NCBI GenBank assembly: GCA_040386535.1
Contig: JAZKFH010000003.1
Location: 225,088-289,087 of the forward strand
DNA: 64,000 bases
Origin: Myxococcota bacterium
Lineage (GTDB): Bacteria; Myxococcota_A; UBA796; SXON01
Direction: 5' to 3'
Part shown: positions 28,011-38,174 of the stretch, piece after piece
Layout of the letters: each line of letters begins with the position of its first letter
Numbering within the stretch: the first letter of the stretch is position 1
Position numbers and translations under genes: made by a program
The notes under the pieces: model-generated
What the model was told of the DNA's origin: nothing
Databases searched by the model: none
What the model saw: the letters and a program-made list of their open reading frames with translations, nothing else

Positions 28011-29423
28011 TCACTCCAAGGCGGCGAACGCCGCCCGATACACCGGCCAACGCATGGCGTTGCGGAGGATCTCGCGCGGCGAGCCCGATTGGATCGCCTT
28101 GCGCAGCCCGATGTCCGCCCAGATCATGCGCTGGGCGACCTCGTACAAACGCGGGCTGTAGCGCATCTCGAACGTGAGGCGGCCGCCGCTCTCGCCGGTG
28201 ATGCGGTCCTGCACCTGGTCGTAGAATTGGGTGCCCTTCATGGGGTGGGCCACAGAGAGCAGGGTGACCGCGGGATCCAAGCGACGCAACAGATCGCGGG
28301 TGGCGAGGATGTCAGGTTTCTCTTCGCCCGGGTAGCCGAGCATGGCGAACACGCCGATCTCGATGCCGGCGCCGCGCAACAGATCGCCGCCGCGCTCGAT
28401 CTGCGCGAGGCTGGTCTCCTTGCGCATGGCGTCGAGCACGTGCTGGGCGCCGCTCTCGGCGGAGAGGTACATGCGGTAGCAGCCGGCGCGTCGCAACGCG
28501 GCGACCATCGACTCGTCCAACGTCTCGGGGCGGCCGATCAGGTAGAAGGGTGTCACCGCACCGCGGGCGACCACGCGGTCGCAAAACCTGTGGACCCAGG
28601 CGCGGTTGATGGTGAACATGTCGTCCACGAACCAGACCTGGTCGGGGGCGAAGCGCTCCTTCACGTGGAGGAGCTCGTCGATCACGGCGTCGGGTTCGCG
28701 GCGGCGGAACGTGTCCCCATACACCTGCTTGCTGCACCAGGTGCAATGGTACGGGCAGCCGCGGCTGGTGGTGAGGCTCATCGCGGTCTCGCCGTGGCGG
28801 GCGCGCCAGGCGCCGAAGTAGGCGTCGAGATCGCGGCGCTCGCGGTGGGGCCACGGGAGCGTGTCGAGCTTCTTGATGAGGGGGCGGCCCTTCGTGCGGA
28901 CAACAGACCCGCTTCCCGACGCGTCGGGCGCGCGGAAGGCGATGCCCGCTACGTCCGCGAGGGTGTCCCAATCCCACGCCCAATCGTTGGCGCGCAGGTG
29001 TGTCATCAGCTCGGCGAGGGTGTGCTCCCCTTCCCCGATGACGATGACCTCGACGCCCATATCGAAATACGCATCGAGATACTGCGAGGGGTCGGGCCCG
29101 CCGGCCACGACGCGGCGGCCCTGGGCCACCGCGAGCGCGACCATCCCGCGGGTGACCGGGCGCGTGATCGTGTGGCCGTAGAAGCCGAGCACGCGCGGGT
29201 TCGCGTCGGCCAACACGTCAGCGAACGCGTCGGGGCCGCCCTCGCCACCCTGCCGGCGCGGCGGGTGGAACGTGGCATCCCACCAGTCGGTGGCGGGGAA
29301 TTCGTTCTGGCGCAGATACGCGACGAGGTACTGGAGCCCAAGCGGCGGGAAGGGCCGCATGATCTGCGCCTCGTGGGGATCTCCCGCGAGGAAGTAGGCA
29401 TGGGTGAGGAGCAGATCGAGCAT
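28011..29423 (-). CDS. Cobalamin-binding radical SAM protein (paralogue of 5214..6587)
   Basis: PFPPLG, GGPDP, GEGE, SRGCPYHCTWC, AESGAQHVLDAM. Confidence 0.9.
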   Translation of the reverse strand: MLDLLLTHAYFLAGDPHEAQIMRPFPPLGLQYLVAYLRQNEFPATDWWDATFHPPRRQGGEGGPDAFADVLADANPRVLGFYGHTITRPVTRGMVALAVAQGRRVVAGGPDPSQYLDAYFDMGVEVIVIGEGEHTLAELMTHLRANDWAWDWDTLADVAGIAFRAPDASGSGSVVRTKGRPLIKKLDTLPWPHRERRDLDAYFGAWRARHGETAMSLTTSRGCPYHCTWCSKQVYGDTFRRREPDAVIDELLHVKERFAPDQVWFVDDMFTINRAWVHRFCDRVVARGAVTPFYLIGRPETLDESMVAALRRAGCYRMYLSAESGAQHVLDAMRKETSLAQIERGGDLLRGAGIEIGVFAMLGYPGEEKPDILATRDLLRRLDPAVTLLSVAHPMKGTQFYDQVQDRITGESGGRLTFEMRYSPRLYEVAQRMIWADIGLRKAIQSGSPREILRNAMRWPVYRAAFAALE

Positions 29424-29462
29424 GTGCGGGAGCAGTGTAGCCGGGTTTCTACACCGGCCCCA

Positions 29463-30242
29463 TCAGACAGGCCTGGTGACGAAGCTCCGCAACCACGGGA
29501 TCTCCGGGTCGGGCTCGATGGGCTTGGGCGAGTGGTCGGTCTCCAGGAAGACGACGAGCGACTCGGGGTGCCGACGGCGGAACAGGTTGACGTTGGCGGG
29601 CTCGTTGTCGAGGTAGAGCACGACGTTGCCGATGGCCGCCACGATCTCGAGCGCGCCTTCCTTGAACTCGGTGTCGTCCGTGCGGAAGTCGGGCTTGACG
29701 AGGAGGGTGGTGCCCTCCTGGTCGTACGGGAAGCCGAAGCGCCGGAGGGCGTGCTCGGTGCCCAGGCGCATCGTCTCGTCGCGACCGGTCAGGTACACGC
29801 AGTGGATGCCGGCCTCGTGGACGGCGCGCACGAGCGCCGCGGCGCCGGGCATCGCGTGGTCGTACAACACGTAGGTCGAGGTGAAGAAGTGGCGTTCCCA
29901 CCACGCGCGGACCGCGTCGATGTGCGTGTCGATCCAGTCGGCGTCGACCCCGGCGCTGGTCAGGGTGGAGCGGATCGACCAGTCGGTGAAGTGTTCGACG
30001 GTGACCCGGTAGAGCGGGTCGAAGCCGGCGCGGGCGGCGAGCTCGCGGAAGATCTGGACCTGGCGGGGCCGGGTGTCGAACAGGCACCCGTCGAGATCGA
30101 ACACGGCGACGTGGCCGGGGCCCATCTCCCGCGCGAGATCGATGATGCGGGCCAGGAGCGCGGTGCCCTCCTCCGACCACGCGAGCGGGGCATAGCCGCG
30201 GGAGCGCCGATGGGTCACCACGGGCTTCACGATGGTGCTCAT
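29463..30242 (-). CDS. HAD family hydrolase
   Basis: VFDLDGCLFDT, YLTGR, K, LDNEPAN. Confidence 0.85.
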   Translation of the reverse strand: MSTIVKPVVTHRRSRGYAPLAWSEEGTALLARIIDLAREMGPGHVAVFDLDGCLFDTRPRQVQIFRELAARAGFDPLYRVTVEHFTDWSIRSTLTSAGVDADWIDTHIDAVRAWWERHFFTSTYVLYDHAMPGAAALVRAVHEAGIHCVYLTGRDETMRLGTEHALRRFGFPYDQEGTTLLVKPDFRTDDTEFKEGALEIVAAIGNVVLYLDNEPANVNLFRRRHPESLVVFLETDHSPKPIEPDPEIPWLRSFVTRPV

Positions 30243-31519
30243 GCCTGCCCCTTGCTGGGCGCGAGCTCTTCGAGGATCTCTCGGACGGTGTCGGCGGCCT
30301 CGCTGCCGAGGGCGTCGAGCTGGGCGAGGCTGCCGCGGAGGAGCGCGAGCCCCTCGTCGGTCTCGCCGGCGGCGACGAGCACCTGGCCCATCATGCCGGA
30401 GGAGACCGCGGCCTCGTGCGAGAGGCCGAGGCCCTGCTGGATGTCGCGCGCGGACTCGAAGGCGCGCTTGGCACCCAACAGATCGGCGTTGCCGGCGAGG
30501 CGGGTGGCGAGCGCGAAGTGGGCGGCGGCCTCGGCCTCGCGGTCCCCCGTGCGGGCGGCGGCGGCGACGAGCTCCGTGGCGGCGGCGAGCGCCTTGTCGG
30601 GGCGGTCGTGCTCGTCACCCATGGCCTGGACCAGCTGGAGGACGGTGATCTCGCCGATCCAATTCTCGGCCTCGCGCAGGGTGCGCACGGCGTAGTCGAG
30701 GCGATCGAACGCGTCTTCCGAGAGGCCGAGGGAGAACTCGACCCCGGCGAGCTCGCGGAGCACGTTGGCGCGGCCCTCGACGTCCTTCATCAGCTCGCGG
30801 CCGACGAGCACCTCTTCGAGCACCTTGCGGGCGGTGTTGTATTGGCCCATGAGCGCGTGCACGGTGCCGATGTGCTGGAGCGCGTCGACCTCGGCCTGGC
30901 GGTTCTTGGCCTGGCGGCCGAGATCGAGGCCCTGCTTGGCGTGGGACAATGCGCGCTCGTAGTCCTTGCGCTGCATCCACACCGTCGCGAAGAGGAGCTG
31001 GAGCGCGGCGCGGCCCCGCTCGGCCCCGGGCACGTCGAGCGCCCACAGGCCCCGCTGCACGAGGGCCTCGGCCGCGGCGTCATCTCCGAGCTGGAGGACC
31101 ACCTGCGCGAGCTGGTGGAGGGCGTGCGCGAGGGCGTCCTTGTCGCCGGTCTTCTCGGCGGCGCCGACGTGCTGCTCGCCGGCGTGGCGCGCGCTGGCGA
31201 GATCGCCGATGCGGACGCAGAGCTCGAAGCGCTCCTGCCACAACGACGCGACGCCCTCCCAGTCGCCCGTGGTCTCCCGCAGCGGGATCGCCGCGTCGAT
31301 GTGGGCCATCGCGTGCTCGACGCGCCCGCCCATGATGTGCGTGATGGCGAGCACCTGGTGCGCGGCGGCGGCGCCGGTCCGGTCGTTGGCCGTGGAGAAG
31401 CCCTCGAGCGCCTCTTCGGCGGCGGCGCGGGCGGCGTCCGGGTGGTTCTGCTGGAGCGCCGTGAGCGCGGCATGCAGCTTCTGTGCGGCCGGGCCGGTGT
31501 TGTTGGCAGCGTCGGTCAT
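30239..31519 (-). CDS. Tetratricopeptide repeat protein
   Basis: Repeated A..L..LG/A......G....A helical units throughout. Confidence 0.8.
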   Translation of the reverse strand: MTDAANNTGPAAQKLHAALTALQQNHPDAARAAAEEALEGFSTANDRTGAAAAHQVLAITHIMGGRVEHAMAHIDAAIPLRETTGDWEGVASLWQERFELCVRIGDLASARHAGEQHVGAAEKTGDKDALAHALHQLAQVVLQLGDDAAAEALVQRGLWALDVPGAERGRAALQLLFATVWMQRKDYERALSHAKQGLDLGRQAKNRQAEVDALQHIGTVHALMGQYNTARKVLEEVLVGRELMKDVEGRANVLRELAGVEFSLGLSEDAFDRLDYAVRTLREAENWIGEITVLQLVQAMGDEHDRPDKALAAATELVAAAARTGDREAEAAAHFALATRLAGNADLLGAKRAFESARDIQQGLGLSHEAAVSSGMMGQVLVAAGETDEGLALLRGSLAQLDALGSEAADTVREILEELAPSKGQA

Positions 31520-31541
31520 GGATCCTCGCGGGAGGGCGCCG

Positions 31542-32474
31542 TTAACCGGGGAGCCCCCCGACCGCCCCCGTCTCCATTGCCGAGACGACCTCCGCGAGCC
31601 CGTCCAGGAGCGGCCGGGTCGAAAAGCCGAGGTCCCGCGCGGCGGCCGTCGTGTCGTAGGCGACCGAGATCGGCACCGGGACGCGGAGCAGGCGCGCGCT
31701 GGGTGAGGTCGGGGCGCGGAGCCGCACGAGGCCCAAGAGGATGTCCGCCAATGGGGTCGGCGGGCCCGCGATGTTGTAGGCACGGCCGATCGAGGCGGGG
31801 GCGCCGAGCGCGGTAACCACTGCCGACGCCACGTCCCCGGCGTGCACGGCGGGGATACCGACGGTGGGCGCGAACGCGAAGGGGCGCGCCACGGTGCGGA
31901 GCAAACGCGCGGTCCACTTGGGATCACGCGAGCCGTAGATGGGGCCCGGGCGGAGCACCGTGAGGGAGAGGCCGAGCTCCGTGGCGAGCGCCCACGCGCG
32001 CTCCTCGGCGGCCTGCTTGCTCACACAGTAGCGCCAGTCGGTGCCGACGTGGGCCCACGAGAAGAGGCGGCGGCGCGGGCCGTAGCGGGGGTGGTCCTCG
32101 TTCATCGGGCGCCCGATCACCGTGTCGTAGAGGGCCACCGTCGAGATGTAGACGACGCGGCGCACACCGGCGGCTGCGGCGGCGCGCAGCGTGTTCTCGG
32201 TGCCGGCGACGTTGGTGCGGACGAAGTCGTCCAGGTTGCCCTGGAAGGAGCCGAGCGCCGCGTTGGCGACGATCGCATCGACACCCGCGAAGGCGTTTGC
32301 CAACGAGTCGGCGTCGCCGAGGTCGGCGCGGGCGAAGGTGACCCCCGCCTCGGCGAGCCAGGCGCCAGCGTCAGGGCGGCGGACGACGCCCCGCACGGGC
32401 AGCCCCGCCGTTCGGAGCGCGCCGGCGATGTGGCCGCCGAGAAAGCCGGTGGCGCCGGTGACGGCGATGGACAT
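31542..32474 (-). CDS. NAD-dependent epimerase/dehydratase (extended SDR)
   Basis: VTGATGFLG, YCVSK, LRPGPIYG. Confidence 0.92.
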   Translation of the reverse strand: MSIAVTGATGFLGGHIAGALRTAGLPVRGVVRRPDAGAWLAEAGVTFARADLGDADSLANAFAGVDAIVANAALGSFQGNLDDFVRTNVAGTENTLRAAAAAGVRRVVYISTVALYDTVIGRPMNEDHPRYGPRRRLFSWAHVGTDWRYCVSKQAAEERAWALATELGLSLTVLRPGPIYGSRDPKWTARLLRTVARPFAFAPTVGIPAVHAGDVASAVVTALGAPASIGRAYNIAGPPTPLADILLGLVRLRAPTSPSARLLRVPVPISVAYDTTAAARDLGFSTRPLLDGLAEVVSAMETGAVGGLPG

Positions 32475-32494
32475 CGGGCCTCTCCTTCCGTGGG

Positions 32495-34081
32495 CTAGGG
32501 CGCGCGCGCGGTGACGACGAGCTCGATCCGCTGGTTGCGCTCCCACGCCACGGGCGTGTCGGCCCAGTCGAGCGGGCGGGCCTCGCCGTAGCCGGCGGCG
32601 ACGAGCCGATTTGGATCGAGGCCCCGCTCCACGAGCGCGGCCATGACCACCGCCGCGCGGGCGCCGGAGAGCGAGAGGTTGTCCTCGGCGGGGCCGCGGC
32701 TGTCCGTGTGGCCCTCGACGCGGATGGCGAGGAGCTCGGGGTGCGCGCGGAGCACCGCCGCCATCTCGTCCAGGATCGGCTCGCTGGCGGGATCGACGAC
32801 GGTGCCGGTCCACCGGATCTTCTCGAGGAGCTCGATCCGATCAGGGCGCACGCTGAGGCGCGCGGGCTGGAGCACGACCTCGACGCCCGTCGTCATGCCG
32901 GTGTCCACGTCGATGGAGATGCTCTGCGTGGCGTAGCCCTCGGCGGAGACGAGGATGGACCACGGACCCGGCCCGACCTTGGCCATGCCGAGGCCGTTGG
33001 TGACGGGCCCGCGCGCGACGGTGCCGAACGCCCAGGTGGCCGCCACGGGCTCGCCGCGCGCGTCGGACACCTTGATGTGCACGATGCCCGGCGGGAGCGT
33101 GGAGGCGCTCGGGACGAGGAGGAAGTCCTGGGCGGGGGGCTTGGTCGCGGTGGGCCTGATCACGAGCGGCTTGGACTCCACCTTCTCGACCTTCTCCACC
33201 TTCGGCACCTTCGCGATCTTCGCGATCTTCGCCTTCGCCACCGGCTCCCAAGCCACGGCCACGACCGCGCGCACGGTGGGCGAGCCGATGCCACCGGCGA
33301 GCCCACGCCCCACCCCGCCGCGCACCACGAGCGGATCGGCCACCTGCACCCAGCCGCCCAGCATCGCCTCGAGCGCGTTCGCGCTGGGGTTGCCGAGGTC
33401 GGCGTAGGCGAGGTGCCCGGCGAGATCGAGCGAGACGCCCGCGCGCTCGCCCAAGTCTAAGCCGGCGCCGGCGCGGTACACGAAGCGGTCGCCGAGGATG
33501 TCGGCGGCCGTGCCGTCGTCGAGCATCACCGGGGGCACGCCGCGGTGCCCCAGGTTGGCGGCCAGCACCACGGGGCCCACCCGCTTGTCGACGATGGCGG
33601 CGATCTCCCAGCCCACGCCGCCCGCGCCGAGGGGGAGCGCGGACGTGGCGGTGGGGAGCGTGACCCGCGCGTCGAGCGCGAGGCCCACGGGGCCGGCTTC
33701 ACGATCGAACACCACACCCTTCAGGTCGACCGCGATGTCACCGAGCCCACCGCCAGCTTCCTCCAGTTGTGCGCCAGTCGCCACCGCGTAGATTGGCACG
33801 TCGACCGCGCCGCGGATCCGCCACGCGCTGAACCCCGCGATCGCGTTGAACCCGAGCACGTTGTCGACCACGGCCACCCGCTCGCCCGTGTCACCCCAGA
33901 TCCAGACGAACGGCTCCTTCAGGTAGCCGACGGCGACGCGCCCGAAGGCGCCGGGGGCGAGATGGGAGTCGTCCGCCCACATGGTCGACGTGGCATCGAC
34001 CGGGAGGCGGTAGAGTTGGGCGTCGGCTTGGACGACGGGGATGTCCTGGGCGTAGGCCGAGAGCGCGACGAGGGCGATCAA
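32495..34081 (-). CDS. OmpA family outer-membrane protein (beta-barrel + linker + OmpA-C)
   Basis: IRVEGHTDSRG...NLSLSGARA...GYGEARP...NQRIE; TTG start overlaps the upstream stop. Confidence 0.88.
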   Translation of the reverse strand: MIALVALSAYAQDIPVVQADAQLYRLPVDATSTMWADDSHLAPGAFGRVAVGYLKEPFVWIWGDTGERVAVVDNVLGFNAIAGFSAWRIRGAVDVPIYAVATGAQLEEAGGGLGDIAVDLKGVVFDREAGPVGLALDARVTLPTATSALPLGAGGVGWEIAAIVDKRVGPVVLAANLGHRGVPPVMLDDGTAADILGDRFVYRAGAGLDLGERAGVSLDLAGHLAYADLGNPSANALEAMLGGWVQVADPLVVRGGVGRGLAGGIGSPTVRAVVAVAWEPVAKAKIAKIAKVPKVEKVEKVESKPLVIRPTATKPPAQDFLLVPSASTLPPGIVHIKVSDARGEPVAATWAFGTVARGPVTNGLGMAKVGPGPWSILVSAEGYATQSISIDVDTGMTTGVEVVLQPARLSVRPDRIELLEKIRWTGTVVDPASEPILDEMAAVLRAHPELLAIRVEGHTDSRGPAEDNLSLSGARAAVVMAALVERGLDPNRLVAAGYGEARPLDWADTPVAWERNQRIELVVTARAP

Positions 34082-36159
34082 ACGCGCTCCCCGGCGATGC
34101 GCCCGCCACTCCGAGTTCCACCGCGGCGGCGACGGGCGAAGAACGCCGCGCCGATCAGCGCGAACCAACTCGGCGCACCCGCCCCGGTGTCACACGCCGA
34201 ACCTCCCCAGAAACCACCGTCGCGGGCCCCGATCGGCCCGCCCGTGTCGTCGCCCCCGTCGATGTCGTCGCCCGGGTCGAGCGGGTCGGTGCCGTTGGTG
34301 ATCTCGTCACCGTCGTCCACGCCGCCGCCGTCCGTGTCGGCCACGAGCGGGTCCGTGCCGTGCACCTCGCGCTCGTCGGGGTCCTCCAGGCCGTCGCCGT
34401 CGGTGTCCAGGCCGTCGTCCGCGCGCCCGTCACAGTCGTCGTCGCGACCGTTGGGCTGCTCGGGCGCGTCGGGGTATGCGGCCGCGTCTGTGTCGTCACA
34501 GTCGGTGGCGTCCGCGACGTAGCCGGCCTCGGGCCCGCACAGGAGCACCGGCGCGTCCGGGTCACCGAAGCCGTCTCCGTCCGTGTCGGCGTACGCGTTG
34601 ACACCGTCCGCGGCGCCGATGTCGACGGTGCCGTCACAGTCGTCGTCGCGGCCGTTGCACACCTCGAGGCCGGCGGGGCTCACCAGCCCGTCACCGTCGT
34701 CACAATCCGAGGGGTCCGCCACGTAGCCGTCCGGCGCGACGCAGCCGAGCACGGTGGTGCCGGGGTCGCCGTAGCCGTCGAGATCGGCGTCGAGGAACCA
34801 GGCCGACGGATTGATCGGATCGTCGTCCACCGTGCCGTCGCAGTCCTGATCGACGCCGTCACACGACTCGATCCCGGCGGGAGACACGGCGGCGTCGCCA
34901 TCGTCGCAGTCCGACGCGTCGACGACGTAGCCGTCGGGCGTGTCACAGGAGAGCGTGGACGTGGCGCCGCCGAAGGTGTCGCCGTCGGCGTCGATCCAGA
35001 ACGTGCCACGATCGACGGCGTCCTCGTCGGCGGTGCCGTCACAGTCCTCGTCGGCCCCGTCACACGTCTCAATCCCGGCCGGATTGGTAGCGGCGAGGCT
35101 GTCATCACAATCGCCGCCGCGGCTCGCGGTGTACAAACCCGACGTCGTACACGTGCACAACGTCGCGGTGTCGCCGTAGGTGTCGGCGTCGCCGTCGTAG
35201 TAGCGGGTGGTGCACGCGGTGGCGTCGGTGTCATTGGCCGAACCGTCACAGTTGTCGTCGTAGGTGGTCGCGCAAGTCTCGGTGCCGACCGGCGAGACAG
35301 CGGCGCGTGTGTCATCACAGTCCGTACCGCCGGACGTGGTGGACGTGTAGCCATCCCCGTCCGCATCGTCGTCACACGCGTCCCCTTCCCCGTCCGCGTC
35401 CGCGTCCGCCTGCGTCGAGTTGCTCACGTCGGGACAGTTGTCGACCTCGTCCGCCACGCCGTCCGAATCGGTGTCGAACAGCGAGACGACCACGTCGTCG
35501 AACGCGCAGCCGCCCGACGACGCGTTGCCGTTGTTGTAGCAGTAGAGCCCGATCGCGCCGTCGGTGAAGGTGGTGTCCGTCGTGCTCAGGATGTGGTCGG
35601 CCTCCTCGTAGAGGCCGTTCCGGTCGTCGTCGAAGTACACGTCGAGGTTGGCGCCGTCGGCGACGATGCGGACGTCGTGCGTCGCGGAGATCGTGTAGGT
35701 GAGCGCGGCCGAATCGAGGGCCGTGGCGTAGCCGGCCGCCACCCGGTACAGGCCCGCGCCCGTCCCCGCGGCGACCTCGGCGCCCGTGCCGGTGCCCGGA
35801 TACGACCCGCCGCGGGCGAACAGCAGCAGGTAGGTGTTCTGCTCGTCCTGGTACCGGAACGAGAGCCCGATCGTGTCGTCGTCGGCCGAGTGGATCGTGG
35901 TGTCGAAGGTGAAGTCCGACCACGTCTTGCCCGTGTAGACGAGGTGGTTGTCGATCGCGCCGCCGCTCCCCCAGGTGCCGCCGCTGTCGTCGGTCGTGCA
36001 GTAGACCGTGCCGCCGATCAGCGTCGACCACGGGTCCGACGCGTACTGCGACACCCAGCCCGCCGTGCCCGTGAACGGATTGACCGAGTAGGCATCGAAG
36101 TTCTCGCTGTAGTCGACGATGTCGGCGGCGAGCGCACCCGTGGCGAGGAGGACGAGCAT
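34078..36159 (-). CDS. Surface protein: thrombospondin-C/L-lectin-like head, TSP3 repeat, 5 PF11617-type repeats, MYXO-CTERM-like anchor
   Basis: DDDTIGLSFRYQD; DSDGVADEVDNCP...QADADADGEGDACD; DCDD repeats; C-terminal C...W-hydrophobic-RRRR. Confidence 0.8.
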   Translation of the reverse strand: MLVLLATGALAADIVDYSENFDAYSVNPFTGTAGWVSQYASDPWSTLIGGTVYCTTDDSGGTWGSGGAIDNHLVYTGKTWSDFTFDTTIHSADDDTIGLSFRYQDEQNTYLLLFARGGSYPGTGTGAEVAAGTGAGLYRVAAGYATALDSAALTYTISATHDVRIVADGANLDVYFDDDRNGLYEEADHILSTTDTTFTDGAIGLYCYNNGNASSGGCAFDDVVVSLFDTDSDGVADEVDNCPDVSNSTQADADADGEGDACDDDADGDGYTSTTSGGTDCDDTRAAVSPVGTETCATTYDDNCDGSANDTDATACTTRYYDGDADTYGDTATLCTCTTSGLYTASRGGDCDDSLAATNPAGIETCDGADEDCDGTADEDAVDRGTFWIDADGDTFGGATSTLSCDTPDGYVVDASDCDDGDAAVSPAGIESCDGVDQDCDGTVDDDPINPSAWFLDADLDGYGDPGTTVLGCVAPDGYVADPSDCDDGDGLVSPAGLEVCNGRDDDCDGTVDIGAADGVNAYADTDGDGFGDPDAPVLLCGPEAGYVADATDCDDTDAAAYPDAPEQPNGRDDDCDGRADDGLDTDGDGLEDPDEREVHGTDPLVADTDGGGVDDGDEITNGTDPLDPGDDIDGGDDTGGPIGARDGGFWGGSACDTGAGAPSWFALIGAAFFARRRRGGTRSGGRIAGERV

Positions 36160-36219
36160 GCCGACTTTGTACCACCGGGCCGCTCCGAACGTAGTGCGGG
36201 AGCGGGTTACGCCGCCGGC

Positions 36220-36723
36220 ATGTCGCCCGAAGATCACCTCAAAGCCGTGCTCGACTCGCTCGGGTACCGCGCCGATCCCGAAGGTCGGGACACGCCCGGC
36301 CGGCTCCTCGAGGTGCTCGAGGCCTTCGCCCCCGGCAAGCCCGCGCCCCGGCTGGAGTGTTTCGAGGCGCCCGGTCAAGATCTCGTGGTGCTGCGCGCGC
36401 TCCCGTTCCACAGCCTCTGCGCCCACCACCTCCTCCCGTTCTTCGGCGAGGCGGACATCGCCTACCGCCCGTCGGGCCGCATCGCGGGGCTGGGCGGAAT
36501 CGCCCGCGCGTTGCGACACGTGGCGCGCCAGCCGCAGCTCCAGGAGCGCCTCGGCGCCAGCCTCGCGGAGCACCTGCACGCCGCGCTGAGCGCCCCGGTG
36601 GGCGTGCGGCTGCGGGCGCGGCAGATGTGCATGGAGATGCGCGGCATCGAGTCGCCCGGCACGGTGGAGACCCTGGCGTGGCGCGGCGAGGCCGACGAGG
36701 CGCTGCGGCGGGCCCTCGGGTGA
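36220..36723 (+). CDS. folE: GTP cyclohydrolase I (short, divergent)
   Basis: DTPGR, SLCAHHLLPFFG, QLQERL, CMEMRG. Confidence 0.8.
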   Translation: MSPEDHLKAVLDSLGYRADPEGRDTPGRLLEVLEAFAPGKPAPRLECFEAPGQDLVVLRALPFHSLCAHHLLPFFGEADIAYRPSGRIAGLGGIARALRHVARQPQLQERLGASLAEHLHAALSAPVGVRLRARQMCMEMRGIESPGTVETLAWRGEADEALRRALG

Positions 36724-37400
36724 TCCGCCTGGACGGCGTGACGTGGGCGCCGGAGGGCCACCCGGTGCTCGACCGGTTCGACCTGTCCGTCGAGGAAGGC
36801 CACATCACCGCGATCGTGGGCCCGAGCGGCTGCGGCAAGAGCTCGCTCCTGCGGCTGCTCGCGGGGCTGCGCGCGCCCGACGCGGGGCGGGTGACCGGCG
36901 TGCCCGCGCGCAAGGCCTTCGTGTTCCAGGACGCGGCGCTGCTGCCGTGGCTCTCGCTCCGCGAGAACGTCGCGTTGCCGGGGCGCTTCGGGCCCATCGG
37001 GAACGTGGAGGAGGCGCTGGCCCGCGTGGGGCTCGGCGAGCACGGGAACAAGCTGCCCGCCGCGCTCTCGGGGGGGCAGCGCATGCGCGGATCGTTGGCG
37101 CGCGCGCTGGTCGCCCGGCCCGAGCTGGTGCTGCTGGACGAGGCCTTCGCCGCGCTCGACGGGCTCACCCGCGCGGCCGTGCAGCGGGAGTTCCTCGCGC
37201 TCCAAGCCGAGCACGCCTGGACCGTGGTGATGGTGACCCACGAGCTCGCCGACGCCGTGCGCCTCTCCGACCGGGTGGTCGCCGTCGCGGGGCCGCCCCT
37301 CGTGATCCGCGCCGACCTCGCGGTCCCCTTCCCCCGGCCCCGCGATCCGTCGGTCCTGCCGCCGCTCGTGGCGCAACTCGAAGCGGTGTACGCGGCATGA
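36720..37400 (+). CDS. NitT/TauT-type ABC transporter ATP-binding protein
   Basis: GPSGCGKS, VFQDAALLPW, LSGGQ, LLDEAF, VTH. Confidence 0.92.
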   Translation: MIRLDGVTWAPEGHPVLDRFDLSVEEGHITAIVGPSGCGKSSLLRLLAGLRAPDAGRVTGVPARKAFVFQDAALLPWLSLRENVALPGRFGPIGNVEEALARVGLGEHGNKLPAALSGGQRMRGSLARALVARPELVLLDEAFAALDGLTRAAVQREFLALQAEHAWTVVMVTHELADAVRLSDRVVAVAGPPLVIRADLAVPFPRPRDPSVLPPLVAQLEAVYAA

Positions 37401-38152
37401 TCGCCATCCAGGCACGTCTGGGGCCGGCGCTCGCGATCCTGGCGGGGGTCGTCCTCTGGGCCGTCGTCGCGGCGCGGGTGGGGCCGCTGTTGCTGGCGGG
37501 GCCGGTCGAGGTTGCCCAGGCGCTGGTGACGGAGCGCACGCGGCTGGCGGAGGCGACGATGCGCACGGCGGTCGCGGCCGTCGGCGGGCTCGGGCTCGCC
37601 ACCGCGCTCGGGCTGACGCTCGCGATCGGCGCGTGGTGGAGCCGCATCTTGCGCGCCGCGCTCCTCCCCTACACCGTCGTGTTGCAGGTGGTGCCGATCG
37701 TCGCCATCGCGCCGCTGCTCGTGGTGTGGCTCGGCTACGGCACCACCGTGGCCCTCGCGACCGCCACCCTCGCCGCGTTCTACCCCGTGTACTCCGCCGC
37801 CACGACCGGCCTCGCCGCCCCGCCGCGCGAGCTGGTCGACCTGTTCCGCCTCTACGGCGCCACCCGCGTCCGCGAGCTCTGGCTGCTGCGCCTCCCGGCC
37901 GCGCTCCCGGCCTTGTTCTCGGGGCTGCGATCGGCCGCCGGCCTCGCTGTCATCGGCGCGATCGTGGGCGAGTTCGTCGGGAGCAACGGCTACCCGCCGA
38001 CGCTCGGCTACCTGGTCGTCTACGCGGCGCGCTCGGCCCGGCCCGACTTGTGTTTCGCGGCGATCGTCGGGGCCGCGGTGCTCGCGTTGAGCCTGCATCT
38101 GTTGGTGCGGCAGGTTGAAAAGCGGGCGATCGGGCGGTGGTACGGTACGTGA
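37397..38152 (+). CDS. NitT/TauT-type ABC transporter permease
   Basis: QVVPIVAIAPLLVVWLGYG, LPAALP, GAIVGEF. Confidence 0.92.
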   Translation: MIAIQARLGPALAILAGVVLWAVVAARVGPLLLAGPVEVAQALVTERTRLAEATMRTAVAAVGGLGLATALGLTLAIGAWWSRILRAALLPYTVVLQVVPIVAIAPLLVVWLGYGTTVALATATLAAFYPVYSAATTGLAAPPRELVDLFRLYGATRVRELWLLRLPAALPALFSGLRSAAGLAVIGAIVGEFVGSNGYPPTLGYLVVYAARSARPDLCFAAIVGAAVLALSLHLLVRQVEKRAIGRWYGT

Positions 38153-38174
38153 GTGTGTGACGAGGGCGACCGAC

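Noticed and set aside
33170..33240. 9-bp repeats (AKI/EKV) in the OmpA gene
   Set aside because: Ordinary low-complexity linker between domains.
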